Shown one piece after another: positions 47,601 through 59,600 of a DNA stretch of 64,000 nucleotides (the first letter of the stretch is position 1; every line of letters starts with the position of its first letter). The stretch spans positions 310,001-374,000 of the forward strand of contig OZ024751.1 of NCBI GenBank assembly GCA_964016885.1. Reading direction: 5' to 3'. The notes under the pieces were generated by a model. It did not search any database, had not been told where the DNA came from, and saw nothing but the letters and a program-made list of their open reading frames with translations. Made by a program: the position numbers and the translations under genes. The stretch is from Eledone cirrhosa. Its lineage: Eukaryota.

Positions 47601-50600
47601 GGTTGATTGTGGGTAGTGTAGTAGGGACAGGTTGAGTGTGGGTAGTGTAGAAGGGACAGGTTGAGTGTGGGTAGTGTAGTAGGGACAGGTTGAGTGTAGG
47701 TAGTGTAGTAGGGACAGGTTGAGTGTAGGTAGTGTAGAAGGGACAGGTTGAGTGTGGCTAGTATAGTAGGGGCAGGTTGAGTGTGGCTAGTGTAGTGGGG
47801 ACAGGTTGAGTGTAGGTAGTGTAGTAGGGACAGGTTGAGTGTAGGTCGTGTAGTAGGGACAGGTTGAGTGTGGGTAGTGTAGAAGGGACAGGTTGAGTGT
47901 GGGTAGTGTAGAAGGGACAGTTGATTGTGGGTAGTGTAGTAGGGACAGGCTGAGAGTGGGTAGTGTAGTAGGGACTGGTTGAGTGTGGGTAGTATAGTAG
48001 GGACAGGTTGATGTGGGTACTGTAGAAGGGACAGGTTGATTGTGGGTAGTGTAGTAGGGACAGGTTGTTGTGGGTAGTGTAGTAGGGACAGGTTGAGTGT
48101 AGGTAGTGTAGTAGGGACAGGTTGAGTGTGGGTAGTGTAGAAGGGACAGGTTGAGTGTGGGTAGTGTAGAAGGGACAGGTTGATTGTGGGTAGTGTAGTA
48201 GGGACAGGCTGAGAGTGGGTAGTGTAGTAGGGACTGGTTGAGTGTGGGTAGTGTAGTAGGGACAGGTTGAGTGGGGGTAGTGTAGAAGGGACAGGTTGAT
48301 TGTGGGTAGTGTAGTAGGGACAGGTTGATTGTGGGTAGTGTAGTAGGGACAGGTTGAGTGTGGGTAGTGTAGTAGGGACAGGTTGAGTGTGGCTAGTGTA
48401 GTAGGGACAGGTTGAGAGTGGGTAGTGTAGTAGGGACAGGCTGTCGTGGGTAGTGTAGAAGGGACAGGTTGATTGTGGGTAGTGTAGTAGGGAGAGGGTG
48501 TTGTGGGTAGTGTAGTAGGGACAGGTTAATGTGGGTAGTGTAGTAGGGACAGGATGAGTGTGGGTAGTGTAGTAGGGACAGACAGGTTGATGTGGGTAGT
48601 GTAGTCGGGACAGGTTGATGTGGGTAGTGTAGTAGGGACAGGTTGAGTGTGGGTAGTGTAGCAGGGACAGGCTGAGTGTGGGTAGTGTAGTAGGGACAGG
48701 TTGAGTGTAGGTAGTGTAGTAGGGACAGGTTGAGTGTAGGTAGTGTAGTAGGGACAGGTTGAGTGTGGGTAGTGTAGAAGGGACAGGTTGAGTGTGGGTA
48801 GTGTAGAAGGGACAGGTTGATTGTGGGTAGTGTAGTAGGGACAGGCTGAGAGTGGGTAGTGTAGTAGGGACTGGTTGAGTGTGGGTAGTGTAGTAGGGAC
48901 AGGTTGAGTGGGGGTAGTGTAGAAGGGACAGGTTGATTGTGGGTAGTGTAGTAGGGACAGGTTGATTGTGGGTAGTGTAGTAGGGACAGGTTGAGTGTGG
49001 GTAGTGTAGTAGGGACAGGCTGAGTGTGGGTAGTGTAGTAGAGACAGGTTGAGTGTGGGTAGTGTAGTAGGGACAGGTTGAGTGTGGCTAGTGTAGTAGG
49101 GACAGGCTGAGTGTAGGTAGAGTAGTAGGGACAGGTTGATTGTGGGTAGTGTAGTAGGGACAGGTTGAGTGTGGGTAGTGTAGTAGGGACAGGTTGAGTG
49201 TGGCTAGTGTAGTAGGAACAGGCTGAGTGTAGGTAGTGTAGTAGGGACAGGTTGAGTGTGGCTAGTGTAGTAGGGACAGGTTGAGTGTGGATAGTGTATT
49301 ATGGACAGGTTGAGTGTAGGTAGTGTAGTAGGGACAGGTTGATTGTGGGTAGTGTAGTAGGGACAGGTTGTTGTGGGTAGTGTAGTAGGGACAGGTTGAG
49401 TGTAGGTAGTGTAGTAGGGACAGGTTGAGTGTGGGTAGTGTAGAAGGGACAGGTTGAGTGTGGGTAGTGTAGAAGGGACAGGTTGAGTGTGTCTAGTGTA
49501 GTAGGGACAAGCTGAGAGTGGGTAGTGTAGTAGGGACTGGTTGAGTGTGGGTAGTGTAGTAGGGACAGGTTGAGTGTGGCTAGTGTAGTAGGGACAGGTT
49601 GAGAGTGGGTAGTGTAGTAGGGACAGGCTGTTGTGGGTAGTGTAGAAGGGACAGGTTGATTGTGGGTAGTGTAGTAGGGACAGGTTAAGTGTGGGTAGTG
49701 TAGTAGGGACAGACAGGTTGATGTGGGTAGTGTAGTAGGGACAGGTTGTTGTGGGTAGTGTAGTAGGGACAGGTTGAGTGTGGGTAGTGTAGTAGGGACA
49801 GGTTGAGTGTGGCTAGTGTAATAGGGACAGTTTGATGTGGGTAGTGTAGTCGGGACAGGTTGATGTGGGTAGTGTAGTAGGGACAGGTTGAGTGTGGGTA
49901 GTGTAGTTGGGACAGGCTGAGTGTGGGTAGTGTAGTAGGGACAGGCTGAGTGTGGGTAGTGTAGTAGGGACAGGTTGATAGTGGGTAGTGTAGTAGGGAC
50001 AGGTTGATTGTGGGTAGTGTAGTAGGGACAGGTTGATTGTGGGTAGTGTAGTAGGGACAGGTTGAGTGTCGGTAATGTAGTGGGGACAGTATGAGTGTGG
50101 GTAGTGTAGTAGGGACAGGTTGAGTGTGCGTAGTGTAGTAGGGACAGGTTAAGTGTGGGTAGTGTAGAAGGGACAGGTTGAGTGTGGCTAGTGTAGAAGG
50201 GACAGGCTGAGTGTAGGTAGTGTAGTAGGGACAGGTTGATTGTGGGTAGTGTAGTAGGGACAGGTTGAGTGTGGGTAGTGTAGTAGGGACAGGTTGAGTG
50301 TGGCTAGTGCAGTAGGAACAGGCTGAGTGTAGGTAGTGTAGTAGGGACAGGTTGAGTGTGGCTAGTGTAGTAGGGACAGGTTGAGTGTGGATAGTGTAGT
50401 ATGGACAGGTTGAGTGTAGGTAGTGTAGTAGGGACAGGTTGATTGTGGGTAGTTTAGTAGGGACAGGTTGTTGTGGGTAGTGTAGTAGGGACAAGTTGAG
50501 TGTAGGTAGTGTAGTAGGGACAGGTTGAGTGTGGCTAGTGTAGTAGGGACAAGCTGAGAGTGGGCAGTGTAGTAGGGACTGGTTGAGTTTGGGTAGTGTA

Positions 50601-53600
50601 GTAGGGACAGGTTGAGAGTGGGTAGTGTAGTAGGGACAGGCTGTTGTGGGTAGTGTAGAAGGGACAGGTTGATTGTGGGTAGTGTAGAAGGGACAGGTTG
50701 AGTGTGGCTAGTGTAGTAGGGACAAGCTGAGAGTGGGTAGTGTAGTAGGGACAGGCTGTTGTGGGTAGTGTAGAAGGGACAGGTTGATTGTGGGTAGTGT
50801 AGTAGGGACAGGTTGATGTGGGTAGTGTAGTAGGGACAGGTTGAGTGTGGGTAGTGTAGTAGGGACAGGCTGAGTGTGGGTAGTGTAGTAGGGACAGGCT
50901 GAGTGTGGGTAGTGTAGTAGGGACAGGTTGAGTGTGGGTAGTGTAGTAGGGACAGGTTGATTGTGGGTAGTGTAGTAGGGACAGGTTGATTGTGGGTAGT
51001 GTAGTAGGGACAGGTTGAGTGTGGGTAGTGTAGTAGGGACAGGTTGAGTGTGGGTAGTGTAGTAGGGACAGGTTGAGTGTGGGTAGTGTAGAAGGGACAG
51101 GTTGAGTGTGGGTAGTTTAGTAGGGACAGGTTGTTGTAGGTAGTGTAGTAGGGACAGGTTGATTGTGGGTAGTGTAGTAGGGACAGGTTGAGTTTGGGTA
51201 GTGTAGTAGGGACAGATTGAGTGTGGCTAGTGTAGTAGGAACAGGCTGAGTGTAGGTAGTGTAGTAGGGACAGGTTGAGTGTGGCTAGTGTAGTAGGGAC
51301 AGGTTGAGTGTGTAAAGTGTAGTATGTACAGGTTGAGTGTAGGTAGTGTAGTAGGGACAGGTTGAGTGTAGGTAGTGTAGTAGGGACAGGTTGAGTGTGG
51401 GTAGTGTAGAAGGGACAGGTTGAGTGTGGGTAGTGTAGAAGGGACAGGTTGAGTGTGGCTAGTGTAGTAGGGACAAGCTGAGAGTGGGTAGTGTAGTAGG
51501 GACTGGTTGAGTGTGGGTAGTGTAGTAGGGACAGGTTGAGTGTGGCTAGTGTAGTAGGGACAGGTTGAGAGTGGGTAGTGTAGTAGGGACAGGCTGTTGT
51601 GGGTAGTGTAGAAGGTACAGGTTGATTCTGGGTAGTGTAGTAGGGACAGGTTGATGTGGGTAGTGTAGTAGGGACAGGTTGAGTGTGGGTAGTGTAGTAG
51701 GGACAGACAGGTTGATGTGGGTAGTGTAGTAGGGATAGGTTTTTGTGGGTAGTGTAGTAGGGACAGGTTGAGTGTGGGTAGTGTAGTAGGGACAGGTTGA
51801 GTGTGGCTAGTGTAGTAGGAACAGGCTGAGTGTAGGTAGTGTAGTAGGGACAGGTTGAGTGTGGGTAGTGTAGAAGGGACAGGTTGAGTGTGGCTAGTGT
51901 AGTAGGGACAGGTTGAGTGTAGGTAGTGTAGTAGGGACAGGTTGAGTGTAGGTAGTGTAGTAGGGACAAGTTGATTGTGGGTAGTGTAGTAGGGACAGTT
52001 TGTTGTGGGTAGTGTAGTAGGGACAGGTTGAGTGTGGGTAGTGTAGTAGGGACAGGTTGCGTGTAGGTAGTGTAGTAGGGACAGGTTGATTGTGGGTAGT
52101 GTAGTAGGGACAGTTTGTTGTGGGTAGTGTAGTAGGGACAGGTTGAGTGTGGCTAGTGTAGTAGGGACAGGTTGAGTGTGGCTAGTGTAGAAGGGACAGG
52201 TTGAGTGTGGCTAGTGTAGTAGGGACAGGTTGAGTGTAGGTAGTGTAGTAGGGACAGGTTGAGTGTAGGTAGTGTAGTAGGGACAGGTTGAGTGTGGGTA
52301 GTGTAGAAGGGACAGGTTGAGTGTGGCTAGTGTAGTAGGGACAGGTTGAGAGTGGGTAGTGTAGTAGGGACAGGGTAAGAGTGGGTAGTGTAGTAGGGAC
52401 AGGTTGAGTGTAGGTAGTGTAGTAGGGACAGGTTGGGTGTGGCTAGTGTAGTAGGGACAGGCTGAGAGTGGGTAGTGTAGTAGGGACTGGTTGAGTGTGG
52501 GTAGTGTAGTAGGGACAGGTTGAGTGTGGGTTGTGTAGTAGGGACAGGTTGAATGTGGGTAGTGTAGTAGGGACAGGTTGAGTGTGGCTAGTGTAGTAGG
52601 GACAGACAGGTTGATGTGGGTAGTGTAGAAGGGACAGGTTGATGTGGGTAGTGTAGTCGGGACAGGTTGAGGTGGGTAGTGTAGTAGGGACAGGTTGAGT
52701 GTGGGTAGTGTAGTAGGGACAGGCTGAGTGTGGGTAGTGTAGTAGGGACAGGCTGAGTGTGGGTAGTGTAGTAGGGACAGACTGAGTGTGGGTAGTGTAG
52801 TAGGGACAGGTTGCGTGTGGGTAGTGTAGTAGGGACAGGTTGAGTGTGGGTAGTGTAGAAGGGACAGGTTGATTGTGGGTAGTGTAGTAGGGACAGGTTG
52901 ATTGTGGGTAGTGTAGTAGGGACAGGTTGAGTGTGGATAGTGTAGTAGGGACAGGTTGAGTGTCGGTAGTGTAGTAAGGACAGGTTGAGTGTGGCTAGTG
53001 TAGTAGGGACAGGTTGAGAGTGGGTAGTGTAGTAGGGACAGGCTGTTGTGGGTAGTGTAGAAGGGACAGGTTGATTGTGGGTAGTGTAGTAGGAACAGGT
53101 TGTTGTGGGTAGTGTAGTAGGGACAGGTTGATGTGGGTAGTGTAGTAGGGACAGGTTGAGTGTGGCTAGTGTAGTAGGGACAGACAGGTTGATGTGGGTA
53201 GTGTAGAAGGGACAGGTTGATGTGGGTAGTGTAGTAGGGACAGGTTGAGTGTGGGTAGTGTAGTCGGGACAGGTCGATGTGGGTAGTGTAGTAGGGACAG
53301 GTTGAGTGTAGGTAATGTAGTAGGGACAGGCTGAGTGTGGGTAGTGTAGTAGGGACAGGCTGAGTGTGGGTAGTGTAGTAGGGACAGGCTGAGTGTGGGT
53401 AGTGTAGTAGGGACAGGTTGATTGTGGGTAGTGTAGTAGGGACAGGTTGAGTGTGGGTAGTGTAGTAGGGACAGGTTGATTGTGGGTAGTGTAGTAGGGA
53501 CAGGTTGAGTGTGGGTAGTGTAGTAGGGACAGGTTGAGTGTGGCTAGTGTAGTAGGAACAGGCTGAGTGTAGGTAGTGTAGTAGGGACAGGTTGAGTGTG

Positions 53601-56600
53601 GCTAGTGTAGTAGGGACAGGTTGAGTGTGGATAGTGTATTATGGACAGGTTGAGTGTAGGTAGTGTAGTAGGGACAGGTTGATTGTGGGTAGTGTAGTAG
53701 GGACAGGTTGTTGTGGGTAGTGTAGTAGGGACAGGTTGAGTGTAGGTAGTGTAGTAGGGACAGGTTGAGTGTGGGTAGTGTAGAAGGGACAGGTTGAGTG
53801 TGGGTAGTGTAGAAGGGACAGGTTGAGTGTGTCTAGTGTAGTAGGGACAAGCTGAGAGTGGGTAGTGTAGTAGGGACTGGTTGAGTGTGGGTAGTGTAGT
53901 AGGGACAGGTTGAGTGTGGCTAGTGTAGTAGGGACAGGTTGAGAGTGGGTAGTGTAGTAGGGACAGGCTGTTGTGGGTAGTGTAGAAGGGACAGGTTGAT
54001 TGTGGGTAGTGTAGTAGGGACAGGTTAAGTGTGGGTAGTGTAGTAGGGACAGACAGGTTGATGTGGGTAGTGTAGTAGGGACAGGTTGTTGTGGGTAGTG
54101 TAGTAGGGACAGGTTGAGTGTGGGTAGTGTAGTAGGGACAGGTTGAGTGTGGCTAGTGTAATAGGGACAGTTTGATGTGGGTAGTGTAGTCGGGACAGGT
54201 TGATGTGGGTAGTGTAGTAGGGACAGGTTGAGTGTGGGTAGTGTAGTTGGGACAGGCTGAGTGTGGGTAGTGTAGTAGGGACAGGCTGAGTGTGGGTAGT
54301 GTAGTAGGGACAGGTTGATAGTGGGTAGTGTAGTAGGGACAGGTTGATTGTGGGTAGTGTAGTAGGGACAGGTTGATTGTGGGTAGTGTAGTAGGGACAG
54401 GTTGAGTGTCGGTAGTGTAGTGGGGACAGTATGAGTGTGGGTAGTGTAGTAGGGACAGGTTGAGTGTGCGTAGTGTAGTAGGGACAGGTTAAGTGTGGGT
54501 AGTGTAGAAGGGACAGGTTGAGTGTGGCTAGTGTAGAAGGGACAGGCTGAGTGTAGGTAGTGTAGTAGGGACAGGTTGATTGTGGGTAGTGTAGTAGGGA
54601 CAGGTTGAGTGTGGGTAGTGTAGTAGGGACAGGTTGAGTGTGGCTAGTGCAGTAGGAACAGGCTGAGTGTAGGTAGTGTAGTAGGGACAGGTTGAGTGTG
54701 GCTAGTGTAGTAGGGACAGGTTGAGTGTGGATAGTGTAGTATGGACAGGTTGAGTGTAGGTAGTGTAGTAGGGACAGGTTGATTGTGGGTAGTTTAGTAG
54801 GGACAGGTTGTTGTGGGTAGTGTAGTAGGGACAAGTTGAGTGTAGGTAGTGTAGTAGGGACAGGTTGAGTGTGGCTAGTGTAGTAGGGACAAGCTGAGAG
54901 TGGGCAGTGTAGTAGGGACTGGTTGAGTGTGGGTAGTGTAGTAGGGACAGGTTGAGAGTGGGTAGTGTAGTAGGGACAGGCTGTTGTGGGTAGTGTAGAA
55001 GGGACAGGTTGATTGTGGGTAGTGTAGAAGGGACAGGTTGAGTGTGGCTAGTGTAGTAGGGACAAGCTGAGAGTGGGTAGTGTAGTAGGGACAGGCTGTT
55101 GTGGGTAGTGTAGAAGGGACAGGTTGATTGTGGGTAGTGTAGTAGGGACAGGTTGATGTGGGTAGTGTAGTAGGGACAGGTTGAGTGTGGGTAGTGTAGT
55201 AGGGACAGGCTGAGTGTGGGTAGTGTAGTAGGGACAGGCTGAGTGTGGGTAGTGTAGTAGGGACAGGTTGAGTGTGGGTAGTGTAGTAGGGACAGGTTGA
55301 TTGTGGGTAGTGTAGTAGGGACAGGTTGATTGTGGGTAGTGTAGTAGGGACAGGTTGAGTGTGGGTAGTGTAGTAGGGACAGGTTGAGTGTGGGTAGTGT
55401 AGTAGGGACAGGTTGAGTGTGGGTAGTGTAGAAGGGACAGGTTGAGTGTGGGTAGTTTAGTAGGGACAGGTTGTTGTAGGTAGTGTAGTAGGGACAGGTT
55501 GATTGTGGGTAGTGTAGTAGGGACAGGTTGAGTTTGGGTAGTGTAGTAGGGACAGATTGAGTGTGGCTAGTGTAGTAGGAACAGGCTGAGTGTAGGTAGT
55601 GTAGTAGGGACAGGTTGAGTGTGGCTAGTGTAGTAGGGACAGGTTGAGTGTGTAAAGTGTAGTATGTACAGGTTGAGTGTAGGTAGTGTAGTAGGGACAG
55701 GTTGAGTGTAGGTAGTGTAGTAGGGACAGGTTGAGTGTGGGTAGTGTAGAAGGGACAGGTTGAGTGTGGGTAGTGTAGAAGGGACAGGTTGAGTGTGGCT
55801 AGTGTAGTAGGGACAAGCTGAGAGTGGGTAGTGTAGTAGGGACTGGTTGAGTGTGGGTAGTGTAGTAGGGACAGGTTGAGTGTGGCTAGTGTAGTAGGGA
55901 CAGGTTGAGAGTGGGTAGTGTAGTAGGGACAGGCTGTTGTGGGTAGTGTAGAAGGTACAGGTTGATTCTGGGTAGTGTAGTAGGGACAGGTTGATGTGGG
56001 TAGTGTAGTAGGGACAGGTTGAGTGTGGGTAGTGTAGTAGGGACAGACAGGTTGATGTGGGTAGTGTAGTAGGGATAGGTTTTTGTGGGTAGTGTAGTAG
56101 GGACAGGTTGAGTGTGGGTAGTGTAGTAGGGACAGGTTGAGTGTGGCTAGTGTAGTAGGAACAGGCTGAGTGTAGGTAGTGTAGTAGGGACAGGTTGAGT
56201 GTGGGTAGTGTAGAAGGGACAGGTTGAGTGTGGCTAGTGTAGTAGGGACAGGTTGAGTGTAGGTAGTGTAGTAGGGACAGGTTGAGTGTAGGTAGTGTAG
56301 TAGGGACAAGTTGATTGTGGGTAGTGTAGTAGGGACAGTTTGTTGTGGGTAGTGTAGTAGGGACAGGTTGAGTGTGGGTAGTGTAGTAGGGACAGGTTGC
56401 GTGTAGGTAGTGTAGTAGGGACAGGTTGATTGTGGGTAGTGTAGTAGGGACAGTTTGTTGTGGGTAGTGTAGTAGGGACAGGTTGAGTGTGGCTAGTGTA
56501 GTAGGGACAGGTTGAGTGTGGCTAGTGTAGAAGGGACAGGTTGAGTGTGGCTAGTGTAGTAGGGACAGGTTGAGTGTAGGTAGTGTAGTAGGGACAGGTT

Positions 56601-59600
56601 GAGTGTAGGTAGTGTAGTAGGGACAGGTTGAGTGTGGGTAGTGTAGAAGGGACAGGTTGAGTGTGGCTAGTGTAGTAGGGACAGGTTGAGAGTGGGTAGT
56701 GTAGTAGGGACAGGGTAAGAGTGGGTAGTGTAGTAGGGACAGGTTGAGTGTAGGTAGTGTAGTAGGGACAGGTTGGGTGTGGCTAGTGTAGTAGGGACAG
56801 GCTGAGAGTGGGTAGTGTAGTAGGGACTGGTTGAGTGTGGGTAGTGTAGTAGGGACAGGTTGAGTGTGGGTTGTGTAGTAGGGACAGGTTGAATGTGGGT
56901 AGTGTAGTAGGGACAGGTTGAGTGTGGCTAGTGTAGTAGGGACAGACAGGTTGATGTGGGTAGTGTAGAAGGGACAGGTTGATGTGGGTAGTGTAGTCGG
57001 GACAGGTTGAGGTGGGTAGTGTAGTAGGGACAGGTTGAGTGTGGGTAGTGTAGTAGGGACAGGCTGAGTGTGGGTAGTGTAGTAGGGACAGGCTGAGTGT
57101 GGGTAGTGTAGTAGGGACAGACTGAGTGTGGGTAGTGTAGTAGGGACAGGTTGCGTGTGGGTAGTGTAGTAGGGACAGGTTGAGTGTGGGTAGTGTAGAA
57201 GGGACAGGTTGATTGTGGGTAGTGTAGTAGGGACAGGTTGATTGTGGGTAGTGTAGTAGGGACAGGTTGAGTGTGGGTAGTGTAGTAGGGACAGGTTGAG
57301 TGTCGGTAGTGTAGTAAGGACAGGTTGAGTGTGGCTAGTGTAGTAGGGACAGGTTGAGAGTGGGTAGTGTAGTAGGGACAGGCTGTTGTGGGTAGTGTAG
57401 AAGGGACAGGTTGATTGTGGGTAGTGTAGTAGGAACAGGTTGTTGTGGGTAGTGTAGTAGGGACAGGTTGATGTGGGTAGTGTAGTAGGGACAGGTTGAG
57501 TGTGGCTAGTGTAGTAGGGACAGACAGGTTGATGTGGGTAGTGTAGAAGGGACAGGTTGATGTGGGTAGTGTAGTAGGGACAGGTTGAGTGTGGCTAGTG
57601 TAGTAGGGAAAGTTTGATGTGGGTAGTGTAGAAGGGACAGGTTGATGTGGGTAGTGTAGTCGGGACAGGTCGATGTGGGTAGTGTAGTAGGGACAGGTTG
57701 AGTGTAGGTAATGTAGTAGGGACAGGCTGAGTGTGGGTAGTGTAGTAGGGACAGGCTGAGTGTGGGTAGTGTAGTAGGGACAGGCTGAGTGTGGGTAGTG
57801 TAGTAGGGACAGGTTGATTGTGGGTAGTGTAGTAGGGACAGGTTGAGTGTGGGTAGTGTAGTAGGGACAGGTTGAGTGTGGGTAGTGTAGTAAGGACAGG
57901 TTGAGTGTGGCTAGTGTAGTAGGGACAGGTTGAGAGTGGGTAGTGTAGTAGGGACAGGCTGTTGTGGGTAGTGTAGAAGGGACAGGTTGATTGTGGGTAG
58001 TGTAGTAGGGACAGGTTGTTGTGGGTAGTGTAGTAGGGACAGGTTGATGTGGGTAGTGTAGTAGGGACAGGTTGAGTGTGGCTAGTGTAGTCGGGACAGG
58101 TTGATGTGGGTAGTGTAGTAGGGACAGGTTGAGTGTGGGTAGTGTAGTAGGGACAGGCTGAGTGTGGCTAGTGTAGTAGGGACAGGCTGAGTGTGGGTAG
58201 TGTAGTAGGGACATGTTGAGTGTGGGTAGTGTAGTAGGGACAGGTTGAGTGTGGGTAGTTAAGTAGGGACAGGTTAAGTGTGGGTAGTGTAGAAGGGACA
58301 GGTTGAGTGTGGCTAGTGTAGTAGGGACAGGCTGAGTGTAGGTAGTGTAGTAGGGACAGGTTGATTGTGGGTAGTGTAGTAGGGACAGGTTGAGTGTGGG
58401 TAGTGTAGTAGGGACAGGTTGAGTGTGGCTAGTGTAGTAGGAACAGGCTGAGTGTAGGTAGTGTAGTAGGGACAGGTTGAGTGTGGCTAGTGTAGTAGGG
58501 ACAGGTTGAGTGTGAATAGTGTAGTATGGACAGGTTGAGTGTAGGTAGTGTAGTAGGGACAGGTTGATTGTGGGTAGTGTAGTAGGGACAGGTTGAGTGT
58601 GGGTAGTGTAGTAGGGACAGGTTGAGTGTGGGTAGTGTAGAAGGGACAGGTTGAGTGTGGGTAGTTTAGTAGGGACAGGTTGTTGTAGGTAGTGTAGTAG
58701 GGACAGGTTGATTGTGGGTAGTGTAGTAGGGACAGGTTGAGTTTGGGTAGTGTAGTAGGGACAGGCTGTTGTGGGTAGTGTAGTAGGGACAGGTTGAGTG
58801 TGGCTAGTGTAGTAGGGACAGGTTGAGTGTGTATAGTGTAGTATGTACAGGTTGAGTGTAGGTAGTGTAGTAGGGACAGGTTGAGTGTAGGTAGTGTAGT
58901 TGGGACAGGTTGAGTGTGGGTAGTGTAGAAGGGACAGGTTGAGTGTGGGTAGTGTAGAAGGGACAGGTTGAGTGTGGCTAGTGTAGTAGGGACAAGCTGA
59001 GAGTGGGTAGTGTAGTAGGGACTGGTTGAGTGTGGGTAGTGTAGTAGGGACAGTTTGAGTGTGGCTAGTGTAGTAGGGACAGGTTGAGAGTGGGTAGTGT
59101 AGTAGGGACAGGCTGTTGTGGGTAGTGTAGAAGGGACAGGTTGATTGTGGGTAGTGTAGTAGGGACAGGTTGATGTGGGTAGTGTAGTAGGGACAGGTTG
59201 AGTGTGGGTAGTGTAGTAGGGACAGACAGGTTGATGTGGGTAGTGTAGTAGGGATAGGTTGTTGTGGGTAGTGTAGTAGGGACAGGTTGAGTGTGGGTAG
59301 TGTAGTAGAGACAGGTTGAGTGTGGCTAGTGTAGTAGGAACAGGCTGAGAGTAGGTAGTGTAGTAGGGACAGGTTGAGTGTGGCTAGTGTAGTAGGGACA
59401 GGTTGAGTGGGTAGTGTATAAGGGACAGGTTGTTGTGGGTAGTGTAGTAGGGACAGGATGAGTGTGGGTAGTGTAGTAGGGACAGGCTGAGTGTGGGTAG
59501 TGTAGTAGGGACAGGTTGAGTGTGGGTAGTGTAGTAGGGACAGGTTGAGTGTGGGTAGTGTAGTAGGGACAGGATGAGTGTGGGTAGTGTAGTAGGGACA